The position numbers and the translations under genes were made by a program. Below, in pieces: positions 1 to 13,499 of a stretch of DNA of 54,170 nt. The notes below the pieces were generated by a model. That model saw only the letters and a list, made by a program, of their open reading frames with translations. It was not told the DNA's origin and did not search any database. Numbering within the stretch: the stretch's first letter is position 1; the number at the start of each line of letters is the position of its first letter. The stretch comes from Girardia tigrina (Eukaryota): the NCBI GenBank assembly GCA_001938485.1, contig MQRK01251438.1, positions 1 through 54,170 on the forward strand, read 5' to 3'.

Positions 1-320
1 CTAAAAATTATTAATTAAAAATATTAATTTTTACCATTTTTCAATAAATCCCAAAATAATAAAAATGACATCAAATTATTAAAAATGCATTTAATTTAAA
101 TTTTACTAAAAATTATTAAGCTTAATTTTAATTTTGAAATTAAAGATATGGACTTATCAAATGATTATTTTAATTATGTTCTAATAGTCAATCACTTTAA
201 ATTTAATAAAAAATACCAATTTCCATCTGGGTGGGAGAATCACCATTCTAAATTCAACATACTTAAATCAACATACAACATTCATACATTTACACATTCA
301 AAAAATTTAAAATATTCCTA
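1..320. repeat. Dispersed repeat family A (inverted, truncated by the window edge)
   Basis: Reverse complement of the family A core at 24130-24460. Confidence 0.75.
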
Positions 321-1146
321 CAAAACTGTTATAATATTGGTTCAAAAATGATCAATTAACGGAAAGGACTGTCCAGCATGTTTAATACGTTGACCTAACA
401 ACTGCTACCAACTGATTCGATAGCCATCTGGTAAATAAGGCACGTTAAAGTTTTGATAAATTGATTTCTCTAACACTTTTCCCAATTGATTCACTAATTT
501 CATTGTTTCCAGATGTTTCGAATAAACTGAACATTTTTCAATATTTTAATATCTTGATTTAAACATCCATCATCATATTGTTAGATAATCTGGGGTTGGA
601 TTTTATACAACCCTCTGGCGATACCCAACAAAAGGTTTATTTATCAATTATTGATATTAAATAAAAGTTTTCAACTTAATTAAATTTGATCAATTAACTT
701 AATTCAAATTGGTATCAGTTTAATAAATTCAACTCAAATCAGAAGACAAGATAGTTTTAGTATAATAATATTTTAAATCTATAGCAATTGCAAAATATTT
801 TCTTTTTTACAATAAAATTACAGCAAAATGTTAGATTAAATATGTAAACCCCCTACCTATTCCCTATTTACGTTAAAGGTCTGGTTCTCGTCCAGTGCCT
901 TTAGTGATTTTAGGAAGAGCGGTAATCCCGGTTAATAAATAAAAATAAAACAAAATCAATAATAATAATAATGTAGATTTATTTAATTTTAGTATTATTT
1001 TTCTTTTAAATATAAATAATAATATAATATTACGCTTGGGAGTAAATAATAATTCTTATTATTTACTAAAAATAATAAATATATAACAAATACAAAAATA
1101 TATTGTTAGCAAAATAATAAGCAAAATAAATAACAAATTATTTACA

Positions 1147-1633
1147 TTAACTCAACAATATATTGCCAAAACGTTCCCCATTTTTTCCTAACATTTCACT
1201 AAATTTTCCTGTTTCGACACCAGCATATATACTAATTACTATTTCCACAATTAAGACAGCCGCTACAAGAAAGATGTATAGATACAACAAACATTGACTT
1301 TCTTTTATAACTTAACAACATCCAGTTGAAAATGTGAAAACACCAACAACACAAGACACCAACCACAGTTGATATATTACAATACTTTCTTTCTATGCAC
1401 ATCCAAAAAAAAAACAAAAATACGCAGCACAGGTACATGACAACATCAGACACAGTCCTTTTGTTAAAAAGATGTATTACAATAGCAATAGGTTTTTTAA
1501 ATTTAGTATAAAATTTTTTTAAGATTTGAAACAGCTTTACTTTGTCCATTTTTAATGTTTATAAATGGATTGTAATGTCTTACCAAAAATGATTCCCAGA
1601 ACTGCCACACAAAATGTGATTAAAAGCACTTCT
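1147..1633 (-). pseudogene. Tetraspanin-like fragment (TM2-TM3 region), disabled
   Basis: Frame ending at TAA 1147-1149 reads VVGVFTFSTGCC*VIKESQCLLYLYIFLVAAVLIVEIVISIYAGV, matching the tetraspanin pattern GCCGAxKESxCLL..Y...L.....EI. Stop at 1312-1314. Hydrophobic TM1-like piece at 1584-1633. Confidence 0.6.
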
Positions 1634-4600
1634 GTGAAACAGAAAACTAATCATTTGAAGTATAAGTGATTCTATTTTTACAATTTAAGAAAAAGATTAA
1701 GAACCTAACTCGATCGAAATAATTATGAATGCTCACTAATCCGAGTTTTGAGATGACGATTTTTCTCTCTAATTTACAAGTATTACACCCGTGACAATTA
1801 AAATTCTAAATCAAATTAGCTTGCAATCCACAAATAGTTTTCAATTTATTAGAGAAGAAGTTTTGAACTTTCAATGTCATTGAAACCACTTTGATACTAC
1901 ATATATTCTTTCAAATATTCTTCTTAAATTCTTAACTTCTGCCGAATAGGATATTTTAATTATTTGTTTGTGATTTTCAATGTTTGAGTCTGGTGACACT
2001 CAGTATTAATAAAAGTAAATTATTTTAAATTTTTCTGAAGAATTTCAATTTAAAACGAAACATGTTGCCAATATTTGTGATTATTGTAGTGATACGTTGT
2101 CATTTTAAACTATTTAAAAGACGAAATAACAAATCTCTATGTGTTATACATTCATAAACGATTTTTTGGAAAGGTTGATCTACCCTTCAATTATATCACT
2201 GCAACTTCAGTACCATTTTACAACAACATTCATCTAGTATAAAAAATAATTCTGATTAAAATCCAAAAAATTATTTCCTAATTTCCAAATTTTCCAAAAC
2301 AGATAAAATATTAAATAATTAACAAAAATAAAAAAACAATAAAATTTTCTGTTTTTTCTAAATTATTTAAAACATTAAATTTTAATGTATTTTTTATTTG
2401 ATAAAATAATATTTCGTTTTGCTTTCTGTTTGATTAAAGGAAAAAAAAGAAAAGCGAATATTCACAAATTAGTAATGTAACAAGTTGTTAACATTAAAAT
2501 ATAACAAATATCAAAGCTTAAATATAGTGAATAGTTAATATATTTCATTGTCACCCCCATTCCTCATTAGTGAGGAGTCTCAGTTTGTTTGAATTTGTTA
2601 CATAAAATTATAAATAATTCATTTTTCTCACTGCTTCGTTTTTCGTTTAACATATTTTCGTAATTTTTTCTTAGTTTTATATCAAGAAAAATATCTGATT
2701 AAATATTCAATGTCTCAACTTTATAAAATAAAATAAAATAAATGTATAAAAATTGTGAAATAATTAATAATTTCTATCAATTTTTTTCTTAAACTATTCC
2801 AATTTTACAAATATTACATGTCCTTTATTTTAACTTTTATCAACGATTTTTAATCATTTACTAAATTTTAAATTTTAATAAATTCCTTCATTATTTATTA
2901 ATTATTTGTTCTTTAATCATGATACATTAATTCAGATTGTATGTGATCATGTTTCATCTTAAAAGATAGGTTTTATACTTTACTTTGTAATCCGTACCTT
3001 TAGTTCTGTTCGGGATTCGAAAATTATTGTTATCTATATAAATTATCTTTATCATTATGTTTATCGAATCCCGTACCTCTCCTTATCACCATCCCGAATC
3101 AATAGATTGAATATGCAAATAATTGATAAGGATAAAAATAATATGCATTGTAAAAAACTAAATAATTAAATTAAAAAAATATAGATAAAACAATGTATAT
3201 AGATAATATGTAAAAAATATTTCGATTGTATATTTATTTAAAAAAATTACTGAATCGAAATTCGAAATGATTTGTTATGAGTGTTTGTAATTTTTTTAGA
3301 TTTTGAATTGAATATTAATCTTTGTTTTCAATCGATTTCAAATACAGTTTTTGTCTCATCGTTTGTTTTCTTGAAATAAAGTCAAATTGCGTGGCGATTA
3401 TTTATACTGGTCAATTTTCTCCGAATGCGGTTATAATATTTCTCATTTCTAATTTAATTCTTTTCGATTTTCTCTAATTCTCTATCACCGATCGTCGATT
3501 ATGTCTTCGTCAAAGCCGAAACCGTTATTTGTTTTTTGATGACGATCACCCTCTGATCGAAGAAAATTCCGATATTGTTCTGTTTGCTCTGTCGAAAAAT
3601 CAAACGACTAAAAACGAATCGATGAAGAAATTCCATTCGAATTTGCGATGTACCGATTACATGAACGATGTGTTCGGGGAATCGTAAAAGGAGCGCTGTG
3701 GGCAATCTGAGATCGAGTCGGCTGTGATGGTGATGAAATATGTCAAAGGAATGGCGGACATTTTGATGAGATATCGCGATGCTTTTCTCTATATCATATC
3801 CGATTCGAATTCGTTAATTATCGATTTCTTTCTCAAGATCAAATCGATCGATAGCTCGAACGATTTATGTAGCGTCTTTACGAATTTTGCGTCATTCGTC
3901 GGCACCTAGATCGATTGTCGCCGGCTACAGGGACTTAATCGACAGAATAATGATATAATTCTTGAACTGATGAAAAACCGAGTTAATAATCCGCGCTTGT
4001 CATATGAAGTCGAGCGATCGACTGATATCGATAAATTTATTCAAAATGGCGAACCAATGCTTCAATGGTCCCAGCAACATCAAAAGAATCCACTGCGTAA
4101 CTCTGCTGCCGCCTACCGATTCTTGGGGCAACAATTTAATCTAATAGAAGCATAATTATAATTCAAGTGTTGCTTAATGATTGTCATTGAATACCTTAAT
4201 ATGATTGAATGTCTCACTTTGCATATCTAAACATCGATTTTAAACATAATTAATGTATTTAATAATAATTAATAGCATAAAAAGTTTTTATTAAGTAATG
4301 ATGTTTATTTTCCTAACTTCTGATTTTTCATAAAGTATCCTCGAAAATAATTTGAAATTTTAATACATTATTTTAATTACATTTATTAAAATTAACTCCT
4401 TGGAAACTTAAATTTGTAACCCAAAAGATTTAGACAAACTGTATTTTAAACATTTTGATGAATTATCATAATTAGAAGCTCGTTTTTCATAATAATAATT
4501 AATGAATTACTAAAATGTTTTGTAATCTAAAGGCTTATGAAATTCTTTTAAAATTCTAATAATTAATTTATTTCGTTTTTACTTTTAAGTTGTTATTTCC

Positions 4601-4765
4601 CTAAGAGTCGGTAGGCAATTATAAAAATATTTTTCAATTAAAATTCTTAACGTTTTCAGACATTATTTCTCAGAATGTCAAGAAATAAGTAAATCTTATT
4701 AGGCTTGAATGCTATCGTTACTTAGTACAAAAAATGAAAGGTTGCCACAACGACACATTGCAAGA

Positions 4766-5590
4766 GGAATATGGGTCAAAATATCGAAAAAAATAGAAAT
4801 GAAAATAAATGTTTTAATGATAATAGAAATTTAAAATTAGAAAATTCGATATACAAAAATTCTAAAAACATTTTAAATTGTCAAAAATTTTTCATTCCCT
4901 TATTTTCAATACTCTCTTTCGTGTCATCTTGGCCTAGTTTTAACCAACTTTACATGATGCTATGGAGCTGAAATATCCAGGGTAGTTGTATTTTGCTATA
5001 ACGCATCGCTTGAACAAATTAAATGATCTCAAAAAGTTAATTTTAATTTTTTTGGCAAAAATCGTTTTATGATTATCTACAAATGTTTAAACAGTTTTTG
5101 CAATTTTTACCCACTTAACCAAATTCAAAAAATATCATCGATTTAATTCATCAAGGTATTCCAAAAACACAGAATATCGCCGAGACTTGGCACAGAAGAT
5201 GGGAATGTGTAATTGGACGATCCCATATTGGAATTTTTAGTATCATAAAAGAGTTAAAAAAGGAACAAGCATATGTAAGTTTTCAGGTGGAATATATTCT
5301 TAGAGATGTACTTGTCTTTAAACGCCGTAGAAGTATCATTTAAAAAATAGCATAATAGTTGTAGTTAATAGTCGTGGCAAAACTGATCTATTTGAAATAT
5401 TTGAGAGGAATCGTACGTAATTTATCGTTTTAAATAAATTTTTAATTTATGTTTTTTTTATTATATTGATATATTTGATTATGAGATTTTTAGTCGATTT
5501 TTAGGCTTGTTGATATTATTTCTGTGGATTTTAGGCTTGTCAATATTTTTTCTGTCGATGTTTTGGCTTGTAGATATTTTGGCCTGCTCC
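4766..5590 (+). mobile_element. Mutator-like (MULE) DNA transposon remnant, internally deleted
   Basis: Right end ...gatattttggcctgctcc with ~30-bp subterminal repeats (5480-5590); partly matching left end ggaatatgggtcaaaatatcga. Internal peptides PSFNQLY and WECVIGRSHIGIFSIIKELKKEQ resemble MULE transposase. Confidence 0.6.
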
Positions 5591-6633
5591 CGAGGAATAT
5601 ATCGTCCAAAGTTTACATTTAAGAATATTGTCGAACAGTTCAATTTAGCAGAATAATCTTATGCTGGCAAGTAATCCGAATAAATGAAAATTACGACAAT
5701 GCGCCAGAGTTACTTTATTAAGTCTTGAAATAAAACACGGAACATCCAGTGGGATGAGTTCAAGATTAATAAAGAGACTGGAAAAAGATATTTTGTTTTG
5801 AAAGCAGTATATTCAACCAACAACCCCTTGCTACATCGTTATCGGTGACTCAGATGATTGGCTGATTGCACATCCTATCTAATGAAAATGTGATAAATAA
5901 TACAAGATGCTTTTCTTTGATCAATTTTAATTTTATCAGTTTGATTCATTTGCCGATTTGGGAAGGCACCCAAATTATCTAATTATCCATAGTCTTTTGC
6001 GTTAAAATTTTGATGATAAATAAAAGTTTTGTTTAATTTTAAACATTTATGCTTTGCCAATGTATGGAATATTTTAAATTGTGTTTGGATGAGGTGTGTT
6101 TATTTGATAGCTGAAATTGGAGTTAATATTCTCCTACGCATTTGGAAAATCGGTGCTTTATTGTCTTGGCGATAACTGATTATTCGAACAGAATTTATAT
6201 TTTTTTAAATTGTTGAAAATTTTAAATTCTGATAAAAAATATATATGGTAATTTTGAATAAAAGTAATCTTTTTCTAAAATTAATATAAACATGTTAATA
6301 TTTTAATTAAACACATTTAGAGGTTTGAATAATTTTGAAATCGGATTATTTATTTTTAATAATTTTATGAAATATTTAAGTTAAAATAATAATAAGTATT
6401 ATTGAAAAATTATGAAATTTGTTCTAATAAACATCATTAAAAATTCAGAAATAATACTAATTAGAATGATGTCGAATGGTGATAGAACTTATGATAGTTG
6501 TGATGACTCTAAATGTGATATTGATAAATGCTCGTATAATAGTAATGTCGGTGCTCCTAACACCCACAATTACTTTTGACATAACCATATAATTTTAAAG
6601 GTTAACAAAAAAGGAAAAAAATGTTTAATTTAC

Positions 6634-6840
6634 TTGCTGATGAAAATAAAGTATAATAATTACTCTTTCTTCTGAAGCAATATTGGTATCGGAGTATACA
6701 CCATAGATTCCCCATTCGTTACTCTGCATGTAATCTGCATAGTCAATATAATTTTCTTCCGTATTATTATCCGAAATCCACCATGAAATATCTAATTTTG
6801 TACTATCGTACGCCAGAGAGCCGAATTCCAATTTACAATT
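6634..6840 (-). CDS. nAChR subunit exon (end of Cys-loop, loops B and F); 3' boundary at 6664 or 6634
   Basis: Follows a 43-nt GT-AG intron (6841-6883). Reads NCKLEFGSLAYDSTKLDISWW...YIDYADYMQSNEW and completes the C-x13-C loop CSVEITYFPFDTQNC. Two candidate donors: gtaatt (6658-6663) and gtaaat (6628-6633). Confidence 0.9.
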
Positions 6841-6883
6841 CTGCAAAAATATCAAATTTTTGGAAGCCCTTCCACTTTATTAC

Positions 6884-7019
6884 CTGAGTATCGAATGGGA
6901 AATAAGTTATTTCAACGGAACAGGAACTTTTATAGAGAGATTGTGGGACCCACAATACTTGGCCGGAATCAAATACGGAAATTCTGCATTCTCGTCTGTC
7001 TTCATCGCGTTCATCAGCA
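6884..7019 (-). CDS. nAChR subunit exon (loop E and first half of the Cys-loop)
   Basis: (F)ADERDEDRRECRISVFDSGQVLWVPQSLYKSSCSVEITYFPFDTQ. Acceptor ttttag at 7020-7025, donor gtaata at 6878-6883. Confidence 0.95.
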
Positions 7020-8251
7020 CTAAAATAAGTGATATATTTACTTATGTATTGTAAGTAGAATAAAATTATGCATTTATAACGTATATTTAAAATGTTTTGA
7101 TTAATAAATTTTGAAAAAAAAACATTCACTTCATTCAAAATTGAAATAAATATTTTTTATTATCTTTCCAATAAATCATCTGTCCTCCCAAGTTGGAGGA
7201 AATGATTTATAAATGTTTTTTTCATTTTATTTAAATTAAACATTGGAAAAATAATTTTATAATTTAATATTATATTTATTTATGTAGTTTCTATACAATT
7301 AGAGAGAAAATTATTATTTTTAATAATCCAATTTTTAATTCTCTATTATTTTTAAATGATCTAAAATTAAACTTTTATTTTTATATTAACATAAATAATA
7401 TTGTATATTAATTAAATATAAAAATTTGTTTTTAATTGATTTAATGTTTAATTTCAGGTAACTAAATGATAAAAACGTTGATGAAAATAATTTTTCGTTA
7501 TAACATAAATTTTACATATAAATATATATAATTATATATAAAAGACAAAAAATTATAGGTGGCATCTTGGTGAAACTTATTAGAATATTCACAATTCTTT
7601 ATGAAGCGCATTGGATATGACAACTCGGAGTGAAGGACTGCCATCCTCCTTATTTTCATCGTTATCGAAATTATTGCGAAACAATTTCTATTTCACATTG
7701 TTCAATACGAATTTGGATTTAGTGAAACTGCAAATCGTTAATATTTTGTGTATGATCGACAAAAAAACCGTTGGAAACGAAAGAGAACGAGAAACAGTCC
7801 TCATGAGGACTAAAATTAATGATTGTATGCGAAACTCAGCTCCAGTTTGTGATATTAATAAATGTTCGAAAAATCATATTGATGTTGTTAATATGAGTAA
7901 TTGCCATTAATAAATCTTTGTGCAAAATTATGACTGATAATCTTGAATCAAATATTACAGAAGGTAATATCAAAGTGAACATATTCTAAATTTTTCGCAT
8001 TTTAGAATGACTCTTTTTAATTTTATTATATGTTTTTAGGATGTTTGAATTTAGTTTTTTTAATTCTTGATATTTAATTACATTATTGAATTTTAATTTT
8101 TTTCTAATTAAATAATTAGGTGAGATGAGATTTTAACTGTCAAAAGTAATGATAATAATTGTTTACATATTTCTGCACTGAAGAATCATCTATAGTACAA
8201 TATCCACTCATTTTCATTTAGAACACTAATTGAATTTTCAAAACGTTTAGT

Positions 8252-8903
8252 GGAATCCACTATACTTAATCCCGAGACAGTTTATCCCGGACACTTAATC
8301 CTGAACACATTTGATCCCGATGTCACTTAATCCCGAGTTAATTGGAAGTAATTTGATCCCGAAGACCTGGATTGCTGATAGAACCTTTACAATTGCACCC
8401 ATGATGTTTTTTCAGCTTTTTTCCATCCACTTTGAATTTGGAGATGAAATACATCCACTCGGTCGCTCTTTATGTTTAAAGTTGAACAGTTGAATCAGCA
8501 CGAAGCTGACTGCAGGAATTGTGAGAACGACAAACTCAGTTGAAGGGTGGTATCATGGCCTTCAGTCACCCGGCAACTTGAATGTTCATGAATGGGATCA
8601 GACATAGAAGAGATATCTTACTTTGAATGAAAGAGTAAAAAGAGCTGTGACCGAGCATAATTATTATAATCGTGTTGAAGTACTTGTGTTTCTACGTGTC
8701 ATGACACATGTGCCACATTCCTGAAACTTAATGTTTAATTAATAATAATATTTATTCAGACTTGTTATTTTTTTATTATTATTTGTCATCAGGATCAAAT
8801 GTCTTTAGAAATGAATGAAATCGGGATCAAAACTGCCCTGGATTAAATGTCCGTAATTAACTGTACCGGGATTATCTGTCGAGGGATTAAGCGTCCCTGT
8901 ACC
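8252..8903 (+). mobile_element. Non-autonomous MULE with subterminal ~15-bp repeats
   Basis: Inverted arrays acacttaatcc.. and ..gggattaa at the two ends. Internal RTTNSVEGWYHGLQ matches the MULE RTNNxxEGWH motif. Confidence 0.7.
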
Positions 8904-9563
8904 ATTTATTGGTATCACAGCTTGAATTGTCACCACAAAAGTTGCGTAGCTAGTCGTTGTTCTAGATTGATAAAATTTTTAATAATATTTCTAAACGTCT
9001 TTTTATTCAAACTAATTTTAATTTAATTTTAATTGACAATATCGATTACAAAAAATTATAATTTAAATTACAAAATTATTTTTATTTATTTTAATAAAAA
9101 TATTTTTAGTATATTATTTTTGAAATATTAATTTAATTTTAAAGTTGGTAATTTAAATTTTAATAATTGAATAAATAATCTGACGTTTTAAAATATTTAA
9201 AATATCAATCTTCCATCTGGGTAAGAGAAACACAATCCTAAAACAACATACCAAACAACATTTAAGAAGCACCATTCAAAAATATTCCTCACAATATCAA
9301 AATTAATTTTTATTTTCAAGAAAAATTTATTAATATCACAAATAAAAATTATTAAAATGAAATTCTTTAGAAATATCATGTTTTAATTTTGTGGAAGAAA
9401 CAGTTTATTTAAACTATCAACACCATATAATATAAATGTTTATATCTGTAAAGAAAAGGATATCAAAGATAAAGGATATCAAATATTAATGAAACTGAAT
9501 TTCCTTTAAGTATTTTAAAGAAAATTTATGTTATAATTAACAATCAAACAGAAGGATAAAAAT

Positions 9564-10210
9564 AATATTATTAATAAAAATATTTTTTTATAAAAACAAC
9601 CACGTTTTTCAAGCATTACTAATGGACTAAAAAGAGGAAAATAATTTTTTTCTAGACATGTGATAAATTTTATACCTAACCAAAAACGTGGGGCGGATTT
9701 CTGAATTACTGCTATTAGTAACTGCTATTTCATCTTTACTGCTTTTTAGTAACAATCGATCATTTCTATGCCCCACGTTTTTGNNNNNNNNNNNNNNNNN
9801 NNNNNNNNNNNNNNNNNNNNNNNNNNNNNNNNNTTATTTAACTATTTTTAGTTATCATTTAGGAATTTTTTTTTTCAAAATTTTTTTTATCAAATCGTAT
9901 TGTCATCGGAAGCAAGCCTGTATAAAACTTCATTCATGAAAATAAACGAAAAAGATTGCTATTTAATACAGTGTATAAATTTGTAGATAATCGTAAGTGG
10001 TTTTTTGCAAAAAAAATTAGAAAAAATTATTTTTTTTCAAAATTTTTTTATAATATTGTATTGTCATCGGAAGCAAGCCTGTATAAAAAAATTCAGCTCA
10101 ATTGGATGACTGAAAGTGGTCGAAAAATCAATCGCAAGATTTGTTCCAGACAGACAAACAGACAAACCGACAAACAGACAAGAAAGCAAGCTAATAAAAA
10201 CGTGGTAAAA
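9564..10210. mobile_element. Composite foldback + (GACA)n microsatellite element, copy 1 (spans a 50-N gap)
   Basis: Reverse-complement match to 38056-38755 in the foldback arm, the spacer, the junction ttatttaactattttt.gttatcatttagga and the tail aaattcagctcaattggatgactgaaagtgg...gacagaca...aaaacgtggtaaaaa. Confidence 0.8.
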
Positions 10211-10887
10211 AGGAAGAATCTGTTGATCATAAAAAATTTGAGTGGCTTTAAAAGAAGATGAGTTAATACTAGAAACTAACATTAATTTCTCTGATCAATG
10301 AGGTAGTTTGTAATGATAGGTATCTACAGAATAATTAGATAGTGATTCGTGCAGGTTTGATAGTATAAAATTGCAAAACTACGAATTGTTATTTTAGAAT
10401 ATGATTTATTATTAAATAGAGAATAGAGGCTGCTCCGACTAAAGTGTCTCTTTATTTTTGTAAGATTTTAGATTGTTTAATCAAATCATGAAAGGCGTAT
10501 AAGAGATTCCAAAACCTTCAATTTTGTTAAGAATTCAGTAAATTTTAATTTTAATTTAAATTTTTAATTAAAATTTAAATATTTTAGTTTTAAATACAAA
10601 ATTTAATAGGAAATAAAGTTCATTTAGCATTATTTATTAGAGAAAATAACAAAAAAAAATAAATAACGATTATAAAATAATATAGAACTAATTAGGAAAA
10701 AAATTCTCAAAAACAAAATTAAATTAAATATTACAATTAAAAAAGAATTTTCACGGTTTTAAGTCAATAAAATTTAAATAAAAACGTTTCGCAAAACAAA
10801 ATTTAATATTGGTAGTTTAAATATTCAGGTAGAAATGCAGAAATTTAAAAATTGATATGATATCAAGATTCGTCATCTGGCGTTAAA

Positions 10888-11760
10888 TAAAACATTTGGT
10901 GGAGTTGGTATCACCTCACTTAAGGATGAGTACTATGTCCAATCTATTACTCATTCTTTTTTACTTCTCAACTCCACCGACCTCAATATTATTGCTGCCA
11001 ATGACGTCACCCTTCGTAGACCAGTAGGAGATATGAGCCTGTCACATTCCTGGATTTTTGACTGGATTAATGATGGCTTCAAAGAGCATGTTAACACATC
11101 GTGGTGGAACAAACTCAAAAATGTTATACGAGATCTTAGTGAATTCCATAAAATCTTTATCAACTTTAGGTAATCTAACCCAGGTGTAATTTTAACCATA
11201 AAACAACATATCCAAAATGGGGATATAATTTTATTACTAACGAAATTTTTAGGGCTAAGAATAAAGATAAGTTATGAGAAACGCTTAGAAAATACATTGG
11301 TTACTCATGGGTTCTTAAATGGGACAAACAGAATAGTGATGGTTGCTACTCTGAACACCTGTCTAAATCACCCCTCTCAACCTCACCTATTTACAATGGT
11401 TACCTAAGTAAAAATGAATGGAGATTCATTCACCAGGCTCAGTCTTATACACTGTCTGTACGCTGTAGACCAGGTTGTTTGGTTATTATTCCGTGTCGGC
11501 GTGGTTGTGCCGAAGAAGAAACCCTTTGTCATGTGTTAGTTCGCTGCCTCTTCATGAGCAATTTCTGGAAAGCCCGTCATGACTCTATTCAAGACATCCT
11601 TGCAAAAGAGTTAGCTACCTTTACTGATACTGAAATATATGTCAATGAAAAATGTCAATTCATAATATCTTTGTTAGCTGATATATGGTACTACTCTACT
11701 TTAAGTATAGGGTAATGGTTTGAATGTTGGCTCTCTGAGATTAAAACCTCTCTCATATTC
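10888..11760 (+). mobile_element. Non-LTR retrotransposon fragment, RLE type (NeSL/R2/R4-like)
   Basis: RT thumb-like FGGVGITSLKDEYYVQSITHSFLLLNSTD, CCHC knuckle CRRGCAEEETLCHVLVRC, and RHD motif; multiple stops. Confidence 0.8.
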
Positions 11761-12341
11761 GTCCCAGACATGAATACACATACATATATCTGAAGGATGG
11801 GAAACCATCTGATATTCATACTCGAGGAAACTCACTCAGTGCCTATGGAATCTTATCAGATTGCTTCAACAGAAGAAAAACCTTGTTATAATTAATATAA
11901 TTTTGAACAACTTTGAATTTGTGTGATATACTTTTGTTTTCAACCGAGTGATGTACCCACCATATGATGATCCTTGTTACGAAATCGGACACACAGATAT
12001 CGTGATTAATTTTAAACGCCTGAACATTTTAAACGGGACAATTATAAGAGACGTTGGTAGGGATCTTACTTTTAGAGGAGTTAACGAAAACATGAGACTG
12101 CTAGAAAATTTATCTTGAAGAATCAAAATCATAACTTAAAAAATAAAATTTAGGTAAACTAATTATATAAATGAATTCTCAGTCATCAATATATACTGTA
12201 ATTTATTAACATTTAAATAAATTTTTAAATTAAGTCATAAGTTTAAGTTGCTTATAGTTAGTAATTTTCAGATACTGGGAAGGTTTATTATAAACATATT
12301 CTAAATATTTAAGGAGATCATATACAAAAAATCATAATATA

Positions 12342-12942
12342 CAGACAGGTGCAAAAGTTTGTGAACGCTTGTTTCTATACTGCTTTTTGTTGTTGCACTG
12401 CATGTTTATGTATTCATTGTTAAGTATACATAAACCATTTAAATGATTAAATTCATATTTTATTTTTTTAACTTTTCATGTTATAAATTGTCATTATTTA
12501 TTTTAGAATCATGCCTGTCCGGGGCAAAGAGCTAAAAACAGAACAGCGTGCAGCAGTTTTGGCATTGCAGAAGTACGGTGTTTCTTGTCGACAAATAGCT
12601 ACAACTCTTAATGTTTCTCTTAGAGTTGTGTGTCAGACTGTTCAGAGAAAAATGGAGACTGGTTCCTTATGTTCAAGATCTCGATCTGGTCGTCCAAGGT
12701 CAACCAGTGAAAGAAACTGTTTGAAATATTAATATTAATATTAAATATCAATACACAAAATGCTAAATATACACTGGTTTTTCGTGGTTTATGTGCCAGT
12801 TATGATAAGTTTTGATAAATTTGTGTCTTATTATTATGTTCTACTAAATCTTTGTATTTTGATGTGCTTTTGTCAATATAATTGCAGTTGGGTGCAAAAG
12901 ACAATTTACCAACAAGCGTTCATAAACCTTTCCATTTGACTG
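12342..12942 (+). mobile_element. Tc1-like internal-deletion derivative
   Basis: TA-flanked imperfect TIRs (CAGACAGGTGCAAAAGTTTGTGAACGCTTGTT). ORF 12511-12732 encodes the N-terminal HTH and GRPR motif; no DDE domain. Confidence 0.88.
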
Positions 12943-13122
12943 TATATTGATAAAGCTTCCAATATCACTTTTATTTGATTAAAAATTTACTTTATGTTTT
13001 TATATTCAACTGTAGTATTAAAAAGCATTTGTGAACAATCTACAAAGAGTCAAGTCGAACTCACCTCAGTAACTGACGGTTTTTTAAATTTTAAAATTGT
13101 TTTATAATAAATAACAACTCAC

Positions 13123-13232
13123 AAATTATACAGCATTATATCAGGCGTCCATATCTGATCTGGAAAAACTCGTACTTTAGAAATGTTTGCATATTCTGTT
13201 TTGTCCCAAACCAAAAGAGAATCATTCCATCG
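13123..13232 (-). CDS. nAChR subunit 110-nt exon (loop A)
   Basis: Not in the ORF track. Reads RWNDSLLVWDKTEYANISKVRVFPDQIWTPDIMLYN(F). Acceptor ttatttag, donor gtgagt. Phase 0 in and phase 2 out match both neighbouring exons. A 110-nt exon at this position is conserved in nAChR genes. Confidence 0.95.
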
Positions 13233-13499
13233 CTAAATAATATTGAATTGTTATCTAATGAATTTTTTAATTTATTAAAAAAATGAATAATTTTATGTGG
13301 ACGTGAAGGAATAAATCATTTGCAACAAATAATTATCATCCAATATTTATATTTATATCTTTCACTTCACATTGTTATAGACGATCCATTTTTAATTATC
13401 CGTGATTATTAAAATTAAAATTAAAATCATTAAATTGAGTTTTCTGAAAAGTTAATAATTTTCTTCTTGCCATCAGGTAAAGCATTTAGTAAAGAATGA

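Noticed and set aside
436-460. miRNA seed matches (miR-124 TAAGGCACG; also miR-71-like at ~44035 and bantam-like at ~3708)
   Set aside because: The match stops after the seed and no precursor hairpin is evident.
350-640. Possible further nAChR exon on the minus strand
   Set aside because: All frames have stops and there is no loop-C or M1-M3 similarity.
3319-4155. Alternative genetic code (TAA/TAG read as Gln), suggested by frames broken only by TAR here and at 21400-21720 and 14740-14900
   Set aside because: The four nAChR exons (over 200 codons) contain no in-frame TAR and use CAA/CAG for Gln. The sortilin pseudogene also has TGA stops and frameshifts. Ordinary decay or non-coding sequence explains the pattern.
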